NCBI GenBank assembly: GCA_043228905.1
Contig: JBHGNT010000008.1
Span: 15,376,001-15,440,000, forward strand
DNA from: Azolla caroliniana
Lineage: Eukaryota; Plantae; Polypodiophyta
Direction of reading: 5' to 3'
DNA: 64,000 bases
A program made the translations under genes and the position numbers. The notes under the pieces were generated by a model. That model was given only the letters and a program-made list of their open reading frames with translations, was not told the DNA's origin and ran no database searches. Below, one piece after another: positions 35,679 through 46,246 of this stretch (the stretch's first letter is position 1; each line of letters starts with the position of its first letter).

Positions 35679-38600
35679 TGTTGTAAAACAGTGCTCGGCC
35701 ACAACCGAGGAATAGGATCAACACTTGAAAACAGGAAATACAGAATGCACGAGACAATAGAAAGAGAGAGTACACAGAATATTTTACGTGGAAAACCCTA
35801 AATGGGAAAAACCACGGGAGTTCTCAGACTCCAACCATCACTATGAACAGGGATGTACAATGGTGAAGCTACAAGGCAACAACCTTGTGCTCACTGTCTT
35901 CGCCACAGGCGGCGGCAATACACAGAGGCAACGACCTCTTCGTCTCTCTCTCTCTCTCTCTGGCTGCTCTCTTCACTCCCTCTCAGTGAAAACAGAAAAA
36001 TGAGCAACAACAACCAACTGTTTGCCCTAAGTCATATTTATACACATATGACTTTCGGGCTATTTACAAATATAGCCTCAAGGGCCCTTGGCAAACATAT
36101 TCACAGATATGTCCCCGCATCCGGATCTCTCTCCGGGTACATACGTCATCCGGCTCCGAAACCGGGGTCTTCAGCATCCGGCTCCGTAACCGGGTACTCT
36201 TCATCCGGCTTCATGCCGGGTACTCTTCATCATACGGTTCCGTAACAGCCTCCGGGCTTGCCGTCATTCATCTCCGGACATTCCATCCGGAGGGACCGAA
36301 ATCCCAACAAAATCCCCCTTCACTTCGGCATGTGATGTCTCTCCAACCCGATCCTCTTCCGGCATGCTTCCAGCTTGTCGGGTGTGAGCACCTTGGTCAG
36401 CATATCCGACCCGTTCTCGTCCGTGTGGATCATCGTCAGCACGAACTCCTTGTCTTCTATTCTTTCCCGGATCCAGTGGTATCTACGCTGGATGTGTTTC
36501 GTCCGGGAATGGTAGGCCGCGTTCTTCGCAAGGTGGATGGCACTCAGACTATCGCAGTAGAGTCGGTACTCCTCCTGCCGGATACCGAGCTCTCTAATGA
36601 AGTCCTTCATCCATATTATTTCCTTGCCGGCTTCAACAGCCGCCATGTACTCCGCCTCCGTGGTTGACAACGCAACCGTCTTCTGCAGCCTCGACTGCCA
36701 TGAGACAGCTCCACCTGCATACGTCATCACATACCCTGATGTGGACCGGCTGGTATCTGCATCAGCCGACATATCCGAATCGGTAAAGCCGTCGAATTCG
36801 GGCTTACCGGAGCCGAATCGGAGGCACACGTTTGCCGTGCCCTTCAGGTATCGGAGTATCCACTTGACCGCGTTCCAGTGCTCTTTGCCGGGATTGCTCA
36901 TGTACCGGCTCACCACTCCAACTGCATATCCTATGTCCAGTCTTGTACACACCATTGCGTACATTAAGCTTCCGACGGCAGAGGCATATGGTACTTTCAT
37001 CATGTCCTCCTTCTCAGCCTTTGTCTTGGGGCTTTGCTTGCTGGACAACTTGCAGTTTCCTGGGAGGGTTGACCCGACCGGTCTTGCTTCCGACATGTTG
37101 AACCGGTGAAGCACCTTTGTCACGTACTTCTCCTGTGACAGCCACAACTGCTTCTTCTTCCGGTCCCGGATGATGTGCATCCCTAGTATTTGCCTCGCCG
37201 GACCCAGGTCCTTCATTGAGAAGGTTCGGTGAAGCGCTTTCTTCAGCGCCCGTATCTTGACCTGGTCCCGTCCGACGATCAACATGTCGTCCACGTACAG
37301 GAGGAGTATTAGAGAGTCTCCTCCTTCGAACTTCTTCACAAACAAGCAGTGATCAGACTGCGTTTTGTGGTACCCTTCGTCGGTCATGAAGGAGTCGAAC
37401 TTCCGGTACCATTGCCGGGGAGCCTGCTTCAGTCCGTAAAGGCTCTTCTTCAACCGGCATACCAGGTGCTCCTTCCCTTTCTTCTCGAATCCTTCCGGTT
37501 GCTGCATGTAGATCTCTTCTTCGAGGTCATCGTGAAGGAATGCCGTCTTCACGTCCATCTGTTCTACCTCGAGGTCCATGCTTGCCGCTATGCTCAGCAC
37601 CGTCCGGATGGAGGTCATCTTCACTACCGGGGCGAATATCTCGTCGAAGTCGACGCCCTTCTTCTGCTGAAACCCCTTCACCACGATCCTGGCTTTGTAT
37701 CTCGGGGGGTTTCCGGCATCTCCCGGTTTCAGCTTGAACACCCACTTGTTTCGAAGTGCCCGCTTTCCTTTCGGCAACTCCACAAGTTCATATGTGTGGT
37801 TCTCATGCAGGGAATCCATCTCGTCCTGCATGGCACTCAACCACCTGCGGCTCTGGGTGTCATGCTTTGCTTCTTCAAAGCTCTCCGGCTCCCCTTCGTC
37901 GGTTAGCAGCACGTGCTCTGGTTCCGGAAATCTCTGGGGGGCCCTTCTCTCTCTTAGAGGATATCTCCGTTCCGGAGCTTCAGTAACCGGTTCTTCCGAT
38001 TCTTCTTCATCCGAATCCATTTCGGGATCGGGGCCGGTTCCGGTATAATTTTCATCTTCTTCGGCCGGTTCTGTTTCTTCATAGTCTTCGGCCGGATCCT
38101 CGAGTGTTAACCGGTCCCTTGCCGGTCGGGACTGCTCCTCGTAGAGTTGATCCTCACCGGTCGACTTGGAGCTCTTCATCTTCTTCTCCGACTCCCAGTC
38201 GGCGAGTGTCTTGTCCTCCATGAAGATGATGTCTCGACTCCTGAATATCTTCTTGTCGACCGGGTCCCATACTCGGTAGCCGAACTCGTCGTCGCCGTAA
38301 CCGAGGAATATGCATGGCCGGGTCTTTGGATCTAGCTTTCCTCTCCGGTCCTTTGCCACATGCACGTATGCGAGACACCCGAACACCTTCAGATGCCGGT
38401 AGGACACTTCCTTACCAGTCCACACTTTCTGCGGCGTGTCTCCGTCCAACGGTACTGAGGGTGATCTGTTTATCACGTATGTCGCCGTCGACATTGCCTC
38501 AGCCCAAAACCCCTTGGGTAATTTCGCATGCGCCAGCATACTCCGGACCCTCTCCATTATGGTCCGGTTCATCCTCTCGGCCAGCCCGTTTAGTTCCGGC

Positions 38601-41055
38601 GTCTTCGGCACAGTAAACTCGAGCCGGATTCCCTTCGAGCGACAGTACTCCTGGAACTGCCCCCGGTATTCCCCTCCGTTATCCGCTCGTATCGCTTTCA
38701 GCTTCTTGCCGGATTCCCTTTCCACTCTCGCGTGGAGTTCTTTGAAGACGGACAACACTTGGTCCTTTGTCTTCAACGGCGCCGTCCACAGCTTCCGGCT
38801 GTGATCATCAATGAAAGTCACGAAGTACTGGGCTCCGCCATGTGACTTCGTTTCTACCTGACACACATCCGTGTGCACCAACTCCAATGGTGCGCTACGT
38901 CTCGTCGGTGGCCTTGAGTGGAAGGAGGTTCGGTTCTGCTTACCGGCCAGGCAATCGGTGCACTTCTCCAGATGCACATGCTTCACTGGAATGAGGTTGT
39001 CTTCTGCAAGCCTCTTCATCCCCTTCTCGCTCATGTGGCACAGTCTCTTGTGCCACAGCTCACCGGCAGTGTCGGCTGCCACGTTCAGCTCCTCCGGACA
39101 TAGCCGGGAATTCATCAGGTACAGGGTGTTGACCTTCCGGGCCCGAGCCACTATCAGGCTCCCCTTGCTGAACTTCATGACACCGTTCCGGATGCTACCC
39201 GTGTAGCCTTCATCATCTAGCCTCCCGGCCGAGATCAGGTTCAATCGGACCTCCGGAACGTGTCGCACATCCTTCAACAGCATCTTGCATCCGGTTGAGG
39301 TTGTCAACCACACATCTCCTATGCCGGCAATCCGGCACGTACCTTCATTTCCCATCCGAACACAGCCATGCTCACCGGCTGTGTAGGATGAGAAGTATCT
39401 TCTCTCCGGGGTCAGGTGGAACGACGCTCCGGAATCGACCACCCAGGTCGTCTCATCGCCGGCAATGTTTAGCTCACCTTCTTCGGTGATGAGCATGATT
39501 TCTTCCTCACTTGCCGCGAGTGCCGTCGTTCCTTTCCGGTCCTGCCCTCGCCGATCCGGACCTCTCCGGTCCGTGGCTCCCCGGTATGCACCGTTTCTCT
39601 CCGGTGACTTCTTCGAATCGGTGTCGTCGGCTCCGTTGTCTTTTCGGTAATGCCGACAATTCTTCCGGAAGTGCCCCGGCTTCCCACAGTGGAAGCATGT
39701 GGGTCTTCCTCTTGATTGCGACCGGGTCCCCGACTTCTCCCGTCTTTGCGGACTCCGGTTCCATTGTCTTCCCCGTTCTGATTCGGTAAGCAGCGCCTTC
39801 GAGTCGGAGACCGGTTCTTTATCTCTCCGACGCGCTTCTTCGTTCAAAATACTTGTCTTTACCGTTTGTAGGGACAAGTTATCTTCGGTGCAGGAGGTGC
39901 TGAGAGTCACCACCAAGTTCTCCCAGCTGTCCGGCAATGTACACATCAGGATGATGGCTTGCATTGCATCCTCCAACGGGAACTTGATCGCCGCAAGCTG
40001 GTTCACGAATCCCATGAACGTGCTTACGTGTTCCACCATACTCTCGCCGTCCCGGTACTTGAGGTTCACTATCTTTCTCATCAGGGAGGTCCGGTTCAAC
40101 GCATTCTTCCTCTCGTAGAGGCCCGACAGCTTCCTCCACATCTCATATGCGTTGGTGTCATTCACCACATGTTGTAGAACGCTTACATCGACATATTGCC
40201 GGATCGTCGCTACGGCTTTCCGGTTCAGGAGCTTCCACTCCGACTCTATTACCCCCTTGGGTATCTCGGCATTGTCGATCGGTTCGTACAGGTCTCGGAC
40301 GATGAGAAGGTCTTCCATCTTTATCTTCCAGTCGGCGTAGTTCTGTGAGTTCAACACCATCATGCCCGGAGGCCCACCACCGCCGCCTTCCATTTTCTGT
40401 GTTACCGTCGCTCTGATACCAATTTGTTGTAAAACAGTGCTCGGCCACAACCGAGGAATAGGATCAACACTTGAAAACAGGAAATACAGAATGCACGAGA
40501 CAATAGAAAGAGAGAGTACACAGAATATTTTACGTGGAAAACCCTAAATGGGAAAAACCACGGGAGTTCTCAGACTCCAACCATCACTATGAACAGGGAT
40601 GTACAAAGGTGAAGCTACAAGGCAACAACCTTGTGCTCACTGTCTTCGCCACAGGCGGCGGCAATACACAGAGGCAACGACCTCTTCGTCTCTCTCTCTC
40701 TCTCTCTGGCTGCTCTCTTCACTCCCTCTCAGTGAAAACAGAAAAATGAGCAACAACAACCAACTGTTTGCCCTAAGTCATATTTATACACATATGACTT
40801 TCGGGCTATTTACAAATATAGCCTCAAGGGCCCTTGGCAAACATATTCACAGATATGTCCCCGCATCCGGATCTCTCTCCGGGTACATACGTCATCCGGC
40901 TCCGAAACCGGGGTCTTCAGCATCCGGCTCCGTAACCGGGTACTCTTCATCCGGCTTCATGCCGGGTACTCTTCATCATACGGTTCCGTAACAGCCTCCG
41001 GGCTTGCCGTCATTCATCTCCGGACATTCCATCCGGAGGGACCGAAATCCCAACA
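35679..41055 (-). mobile_element. Intact Copia K (same Tnt1/Tork-like family as B), very recent
   Basis: 631-bp LTRs 35679-36309 and 40425-41055 (one difference seen), TSD CTTCC, Met PBS 40410-40421, PPT near 36312-36321. Confidence 0.97.
36320..40393 (-). CDS. gag-pol: Gag-Pol polyprotein of K, 1357 aa
   Basis: Uninterrupted ORF nearly identical in protein to B, with all Copia motifs. Confidence 0.95.
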   Translation of the reverse strand: MEGGGGGPPGMMVLNSQNYADWKIKMEDLLIVRDLYEPIDNAEIPKGVIESEWKLLNRKAVATIRQYVDVSVLQHVVNDTNAYEMWRKLSGLYERKNALNRTSLMRKIVNLKYRDGESMVEHVSTFMGFVNQLAAIKFPLEDAMQAIILMCTLPDSWENLVVTLSTSCTEDNLSLQTVKTSILNEEARRRDKEPVSDSKALLTESERGRQWNRSPQRREKSGTRSQSRGRPTCFHCGKPGHFRKNCRHYRKDNGADDTDSKKSPERNGAYRGATDRRGPDRRGQDRKGTTALAASEEEIMLITEEGELNIAGDETTWVVDSGASFHLTPERRYFSSYTAGEHGCVRMGNEGTCRIAGIGDVWLTTSTGCKMLLKDVRHVPEVRLNLISAGRLDDEGYTGSIRNGVMKFSKGSLIVARARKVNTLYLMNSRLCPEELNVAADTAGELWHKRLCHMSEKGMKRLAEDNLIPVKHVHLEKCTDCLAGKQNRTSFHSRPPTRRSAPLELVHTDVCQVETKSHGGAQYFVTFIDDHSRKLWTAPLKTKDQVLSVFKELHARVERESGKKLKAIRADNGGEYRGQFQEYCRSKGIRLEFTVPKTPELNGLAERMNRTIMERVRSMLAHAKLPKGFWAEAMSTATYVINRSPSVPLDGDTPQKVWTGKEVSYRHLKVFGCLAYVHVAKDRRGKLDPKTRPCIFLGYGDDEFGYRVWDPVDKKIFRSRDIIFMEDKTLADWESEKKMKSSKSTGEDQLYEEQSRPARDRLTLEDPAEDYEETEPAEEDENYTGTGPDPEMDSDEEESEEPVTEAPERRYPLRERRAPQRFPEPEHVLLTDEGEPESFEEAKHDTQSRRWLSAMQDEMDSLHENHTYELVELPKGKRALRNKWVFKLKPGDAGNPPRYKARIVVKGFQQKKGVDFDEIFAPVVKMTSIRTVLSIAASMDLEVEQMDVKTAFLHDDLEEEIYMQQPEGFEKKGKEHLVCRLKKSLYGLKQAPRQWYRKFDSFMTDEGYHKTQSDHCLFVKKFEGGDSLILLLYVDDMLIVGRDQVKIRALKKALHRTFSMKDLGPARQILGMHIIRDRKKKQLWLSQEKYVTKVLHRFNMSEARPVGSTLPGNCKLSSKQSPKTKAEKEDMMKVPYASAVGSLMYAMVCTRLDIGYAVGVVSRYMSNPGKEHWNAVKWILRYLKGTANVCLRFGSGKPEFDGFTDSDMSADADTSRSTSGYVMTYAGGAVSWQSRLQKTVALSTTEAEYMAAVEAGKEIIWMKDFIRELGIRQEEYRLYCDSLSAIHLAKNAAYHSRTKHIQRRYHWIRERIEDKEFVLTMIHTDENGSDMLTKVLTPDKLEACRKRIGLERHHMPK

Positions 41056-41060
41056 CTTCC

Positions 41061-41560
41061 CATTCCCAACCGGCCTTAGGCATCAATTTCCATGGATTTC
41101 ATTACTGACTTGCCTCTTTTCCATGGATATGACACAATGCTCGTCATGGTAGATCGGTTTACAAAGATGGCTCATTTTGCCCATTGTGGAAAGACTATTT
41201 CAGCAGAAGCAACAACCGATCTATTTTTAAAGAATGTGGTACGACTTCATGGGGTCCCAGATGATGTCACCTCAGATCGCGGACCCCAATTTGTCTCTTG
41301 TTTTTGGCAGCGGCTCCTTCAAACATTGGGCACAACAGTGAATTTGTCTTCGTCCTATCATCCTCAAACCGATGGCCAAACGGAGCGGGTGAACCAAATT
41401 CTTGAGCAATACCTTCGATGCAAGATGATTGGGTTGACCCCCTACCCTTGGCAGAGTTCACATATAATAATACGCTACATGGTTCAACTGGGCTCACCCC
41501 ATTTTTCGCCAACTATGGTTTCCATCCTCGCTGCAGTATTTCCATCCCTGGCAACTCTGT
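41061..41560 (+). pseudogene. pol: Chromovirus E integrase core (last piece seen)
   Basis: SMDFITDLP, VDRFTKMAHF, SDRGPQF and HPQTDGQTERVNQ motifs. Confidence 0.88.
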
Positions 41561-42198
41561 CAGCGGAAGGACTTTGTCATGAAGATTTTCGGCAACAGTT
41601 TGAAAATTGTGTGCAACGAATGAAATCGAGAAGGTGCAATGTGCACGTGTGAAAGGGGTGAAGGCCACACACCATATGCTAGCATGTTGTAAATAGGATT
41701 GAAATGAGAATCATAAAAGGAAAGCTAGATGTAAAGTTAAACATGTGCACGTGTGATGTGCGCTCAATTGTAAATATAAAAATAAGACAAAAGCCTAGTA
41801 ACATTTAATTGCATACATAAGGGTGCAAGCAAGGCTTGAACCTTGCACCTCCAAGATAGGAGACAAATTAACTTACCACTAAAGCCACTACTGAGTGCTT
41901 TAAAATTTGCAATACATTTTCTTTTCATATTTAGTATTTTGTAGGAAGCAAACATATAGAAACCGTGGGCACAAAACCATGGTTTTAGCCCGTGGGTTTA
42001 GCCCATGGTTTTTGCATGGAGAGACCTATAAAAGCCTATAGTTGGACTTGTGTAAGAGGGAAGTGATGTAAGTAAAAAAGAAACTTTTAATTAAAGATCT
42101 GAGTTATCCTAATGGTGATGTATCTTGTCTCGTAAAATTAAAGTCAAGGGTTCAATCTCTCTCTCTCTCTCATATTTGATCTCCGAAGACGATAATAT

Positions 42199-42460
42199 AA
42201 TCTATCTATCTATCTATCTCTCTCTTCATCCATCTATCTATCTTCAATACTTTCTCGTTTACGCTGCTAAAAACATTGAATACTTCTGGTCCAGGACCCT
42301 GGTGTTCCCGCTTCATTTCACGAACACGCAATCTATCTATCTATCTATCTCTCTCTTCATCCATCTATCTATCTTCAATACTTTCTCGTTTACGCTGCTA
42401 AAAACATTGAATACTTCTGGTCCAGGACCCTGGTGTTCCCGCTTCATTTCACGAACACGC
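42199..42460. repeat. 131-bp tandem duplication in the 5' LTR of H only
   Basis: AATCTATCTATC..GAACACGC starts at 42199 and again at 42330; single copy in the 3' LTR. Confidence 0.9.
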
Positions 42461-42546
42461 GAGGATTTCCTCGACATCTTACTTGGGGAACCTGACGTGA
42501 AGAAGTGGTAGGAAGGATCAAGACGAGGATCGACTAATACTTGGAG

Positions 42547-44722
42547 ATGGCATCCTCAAGCAATCAAGTGGGAGATTTCGAACAAATGATGAGATCTCGG
42601 GACAACGATGCAAGCGTGGAGAAGGCTGTCAACCGTGTCGTGGAGGTCGAGGGTCAATTTGATGGAAGGAAGATTACGAAGTTCCTGGATGTATACAAAA
42701 AGGAGATGAATCAAAGGGATGTGTCTAAAGCACATCAAATCTCTAGTTTCAAGCGAGTTGCCGCCAACAACATCCAAAGGCGGGTCATCAAGCTTCAAGA
42801 AAGGATGACAACGTGGTTCGAGTTCGAGAAAGAAATATTAGCGGAGTTCGCGATGGAAGATTTGTCGAGGATGACTCGACATGTCTTGATGGAGTGGATA
42901 GAAAAGAAGAATAAGATGATGAGCGCTTTGAGGGTGTACGACGAGTTCGACCAAATGTTCGTCGTCTCCCCGCCACGGACCAAGTGTTGCTTGAGGAGGA
43001 CAAGACTTTGTACTTCCTGAAAGCTGTGGATATGAAGGATAGAGGAGAACTGGGTACTCTCCTCGAAGATGATACCCAAGTGAATGGGCTTGTGGCAAAT
43101 TGGGTTGCGGTGAAGAGAGCATGCACCAAGATCGATAGGCGTTGTCAATGACTTGATGATATTGACTTGGTAAGGCCAAGAGGAGAAAAATCCAGACCAT
43201 CTAAAGAAGTAGAGACGCCTAAACAACGCATCCTACATGAAAAGAAGATTGATGATGACTCGAGGACGAAGAAGGCCACTTCAAAGGAGGACAAATGTTT
43301 CGGGACGCACGTCTTGTTCAAAACAACGGATAATGAAGGAGCAAGCCAAATCGAAGCTTGCAATAAGGGAGATAAAGTGTCTGAGATCGACATGATGGAG
43401 GATCTAGCCACTGAAATGAGCATTGAGGAGGTGGCTATGAACAAGACAATAAATGTCGACAACGATCACGGCCAGATTTTCTCCACACATGTTCCAAAGA
43501 CTTGGGCAATTGCGTCTGAGAACCAACAGAAGACCCAAGAGATGGAAGGTGTCAGCGAGGAGCCGGAGGTCGAAACGAATACATGCGACGAAGAGAGAAG
43601 CATGATCGAAGCTTTTTCGATCAAGAGGGTCAATGGGTATGAGGCCCATGAGATTGAAGAGATAGCCACGGAAAATGACATCGAGTCAGAGGTGGCTATG
43701 GAAGAATTAATGGTAGATGGCCGCGTCAAGGAAGCCAACATGAAACCCAAGAGATGGAAGGTGATAGTAAGGGGAAGGACCAATACGGTGTGCACAACAT
43801 CGAGGCGAAGATAGATATGGACGAGTCGATGGTGAATGATGGCAGTGACAAGACTTTCCCCACACTGGTTCCAGAGACTTGGGCAGTTGCGTCCGAGAAC
43901 CAACAGAAGACCCAAGAGATGGAAGGTGGCAACAAGGGGGAGTTCCAATCTAAAGTGAAAGATGACATCAAGACAAAGGTGTCGAAGGTGATTGACCAAA
44001 GAGAAATGGATTGCTTCGCACATGTTCTACAGACTTGGGCAGTTGTGGTTCAAAGCCAACGTGAGACCCAAGAGACAGAAGGTGATGGCGGGGAAGCAAA
44101 GGTTCAAGCCAACGCAAATAACGATGTCGGGGCATGGCCGACAAATACATATGGATCTCTCTACACTCGTTCTGGTGACTTGGGCATTAACCGATGTAAG
44201 ACCCAAGAGAAGGAGAGTGACGACAAGGAAGCAAGGGTCGTAGCTGATGTGTGGGGAAAAGAGGCCAAGCAAAGCACAACAAAAAAAGACGAGGGCCAAG
44301 TGGGCCAAGAAGATTTGAAGGGTATTACTCAAGATATTGATGTAACATTCAACTTGAAGGCGGACACTATCATTAAGATCGAGGAATCGATGAAGAACTC
44401 TAACATAAGAAGAAACCACGAAGATGGACGAAGTGGGAAGCATGAAAAATGGTCACGTAAGGATCTCGATGTGGGCATACACTTGAAGATACTACATGGG
44501 GTATTCAATTCCATTATTCAAATAACGACTTGTGGAGGAAGACCGAAAACAAAACTTCATGATGGGACAAAGTGCCTTGACCAAGGAGATGGTCGGAACG
44601 AAGGTGGAACATGTATAAAGCCTAAACGGTTATGCTCGGAAGGAGAACAAGGGGCCATGGCAACTGGTCATGGTAAAGCAAAGAATGAGCAAATGATATG
44701 GTGGATTGGGTGGCGACAATGA
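42547..44722 (+). pseudogene. gag: H gag-like ORF with an acidic, repeat-containing extension, frameshifted
   Basis: ORFs 42541, 43167 and 43754; repeated peptide VPxTWAxASENQQKTQEMEG. No PR/RT/IN motifs. Confidence 0.6.
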
Positions 44723-45437
44723 TTCAAGTGAAAGGAATGGACATGCTAGAAACGGAGGAATCATACTAATAACCGTAGCCGAAATCTCACACTCTCTTCT
44801 TGGCACGTACCGGAGGATGTGCGGTTTGGTGGGGGTGGATGCCGTGAAGATTTTCGGCAACGGTTTGAAAATTGTGTGCAACGAATGAAATCGAGAAGGT
44901 GCAATGTGCACGTGTGAAAGGGGTGAAGGCCACACACATATGCTAGCATGTTGTAAATAGGATTGAAATGAGAATCGTAAAAGGAAAGCTAGATGTAAAG
45001 TTAAACATGTGCACGTGTGATGTGTGCTCAATTGTAAATATAAAAATAAGACAAAAGCCTAGTAACATTTAAGTGCATACTTGAACCTTGCACCTCCAAG
45101 ATAGGAGACAAATTAACTTACCACTAAAGCCACTATTGAGTGTTGTAGAATTTGCTAATACATTTTCTTTTCATATTTAGTATTTTGTAGGAAGCAAACA
45201 TATAGAAACCCTGGGCACAAAACCATGGTTTTAGCCCATGGTTTCGGCTCGTGGTTTTAACCCATTGTTTTAGCCCGTGGGTTTAGCCCATGGTTTTTGG
45301 ATGGAGAGACCTATAAAAGCCGATACTTGGGCTTGTGTAAGAGGGAAGTGATGTAAGTAAAAAAGATACTTTTAATCAAAGATCTGAGTTATCCTAATGG
45401 TGATGTATCTTGTCTCGTAAAACTAAAGTCAAGGGTT

Positions 45438-45471
<34 letters not shown>

Positions 45472-45607
45472 ATCCATCTATCTATCTTCAATACTGTCTC
45501 GCTTACGCTGCTAAGAACATCGAATCCTTCCGGTCCAGGACCCTGGTGGTTCCGCTTTATTTCGTGAACACGCGAGGATTTCCTCGACATCTTACTTGGT
45601 AAATAGA

Positions 45608-45733
45608 TGTCGTGAAGATGTGTGTGCGTTTGTGCTTCGCTTGAGCGGGACCACCAGGGTCTTGGACCGGGGAGGACGTTGGCGAAATTGTTGAAAACAT
45701 GATTATATTTATGTAAGAGTTGAGGAAACTAAT
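45608..45733 (-). repeat. Fragment of an inverted Trp-family LTR (3' end), interrupted by G
   Basis: Reverse complement resembles 30395-30456 (GGTCCAAGACCCTGGTGGTCCCGCTCAAG..CTTCACGACA). Confidence 0.7.
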
Positions 45734-46195
45734 TGTTACTCCTAAGGGTCAGACAATAGCCTAACATAGGGTGTCTACGGAAGACACTTCAGCAAAGGGT
45801 GTTACGGCGATGTAACTTAGACTAACGATTGATCATACCTTAATTGGCTACTTAAGCAACATATCATGAATCTTAATACACGCGTAAGATAGAAAGTAAT
45901 TAGCACAGAACGGTAATCAATACACAGAGATAAGACAATAGAGCTTTATTAATTATCCGTCGTGATTTACAATGTAACCGGGCCTTTTTATAGATCACCG
46001 GCTCTTCATACAAAACAGTGCCAACCAACACACTGATATGAACCGTTCTGGATCCGGATCGGCATACCGATTCCGGTCTGTTCGTTCACTTCTCAAAATA
46101 TACTTAATTACTAATTATTCTAATAACAGCTTCCTATAATTCCTGCCCTTTCACATTCTGGACTGTCCTCCACCCCTTGCCGGTTGGCTAACACA

Positions 46196-46212
46196 TGGCA
46201 CGCCCGTGGGAC
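46196..46212 (-). promoter_or_regulatory. tRNA-Arg 3'-end-like motif at the PPT position of G
   Basis: Plus strand TGGCACGCCCGTGGGAC, 2 nt from the LTR; identical to F 34303-34319. Confidence 0.7.
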
Positions 46213-46246
46213 ATTACCTTGTACGTCGAATCCCACTATTCGGCCT

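Larger units (their letters stand above)
19978..41574 (+). mobile_element. Tcn1/Tf1-sushi-like chromovirus E (degenerate, 3'-truncated), host to three nested insertions
   Basis: LTR TGTCATGA..TCCGTGACA (19978-20364), gag LPEKFDGT..GPMPMEID, protease [12 protein letters not shown]; RH reads LKEVFTQALVLLHVNPTKPFQVETDAS once inserts are removed; integrase at 35300-35678 and 41056-41560. No 3' LTR found. Confidence 0.85.
41575..45589 (+). mobile_element. Non-autonomous (pol-less) LTR element H with a tRNA-Trp-type PBS
   Basis: LTRs 41575-42476 and 44840-45589, PBS TGGGGAACCTGACGTGAA at 42484, PPT-like GGTGGGGGTGGA 44828-44839, gag-like and acidic repeat ORFs only; no TSD found. Confidence 0.8.
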
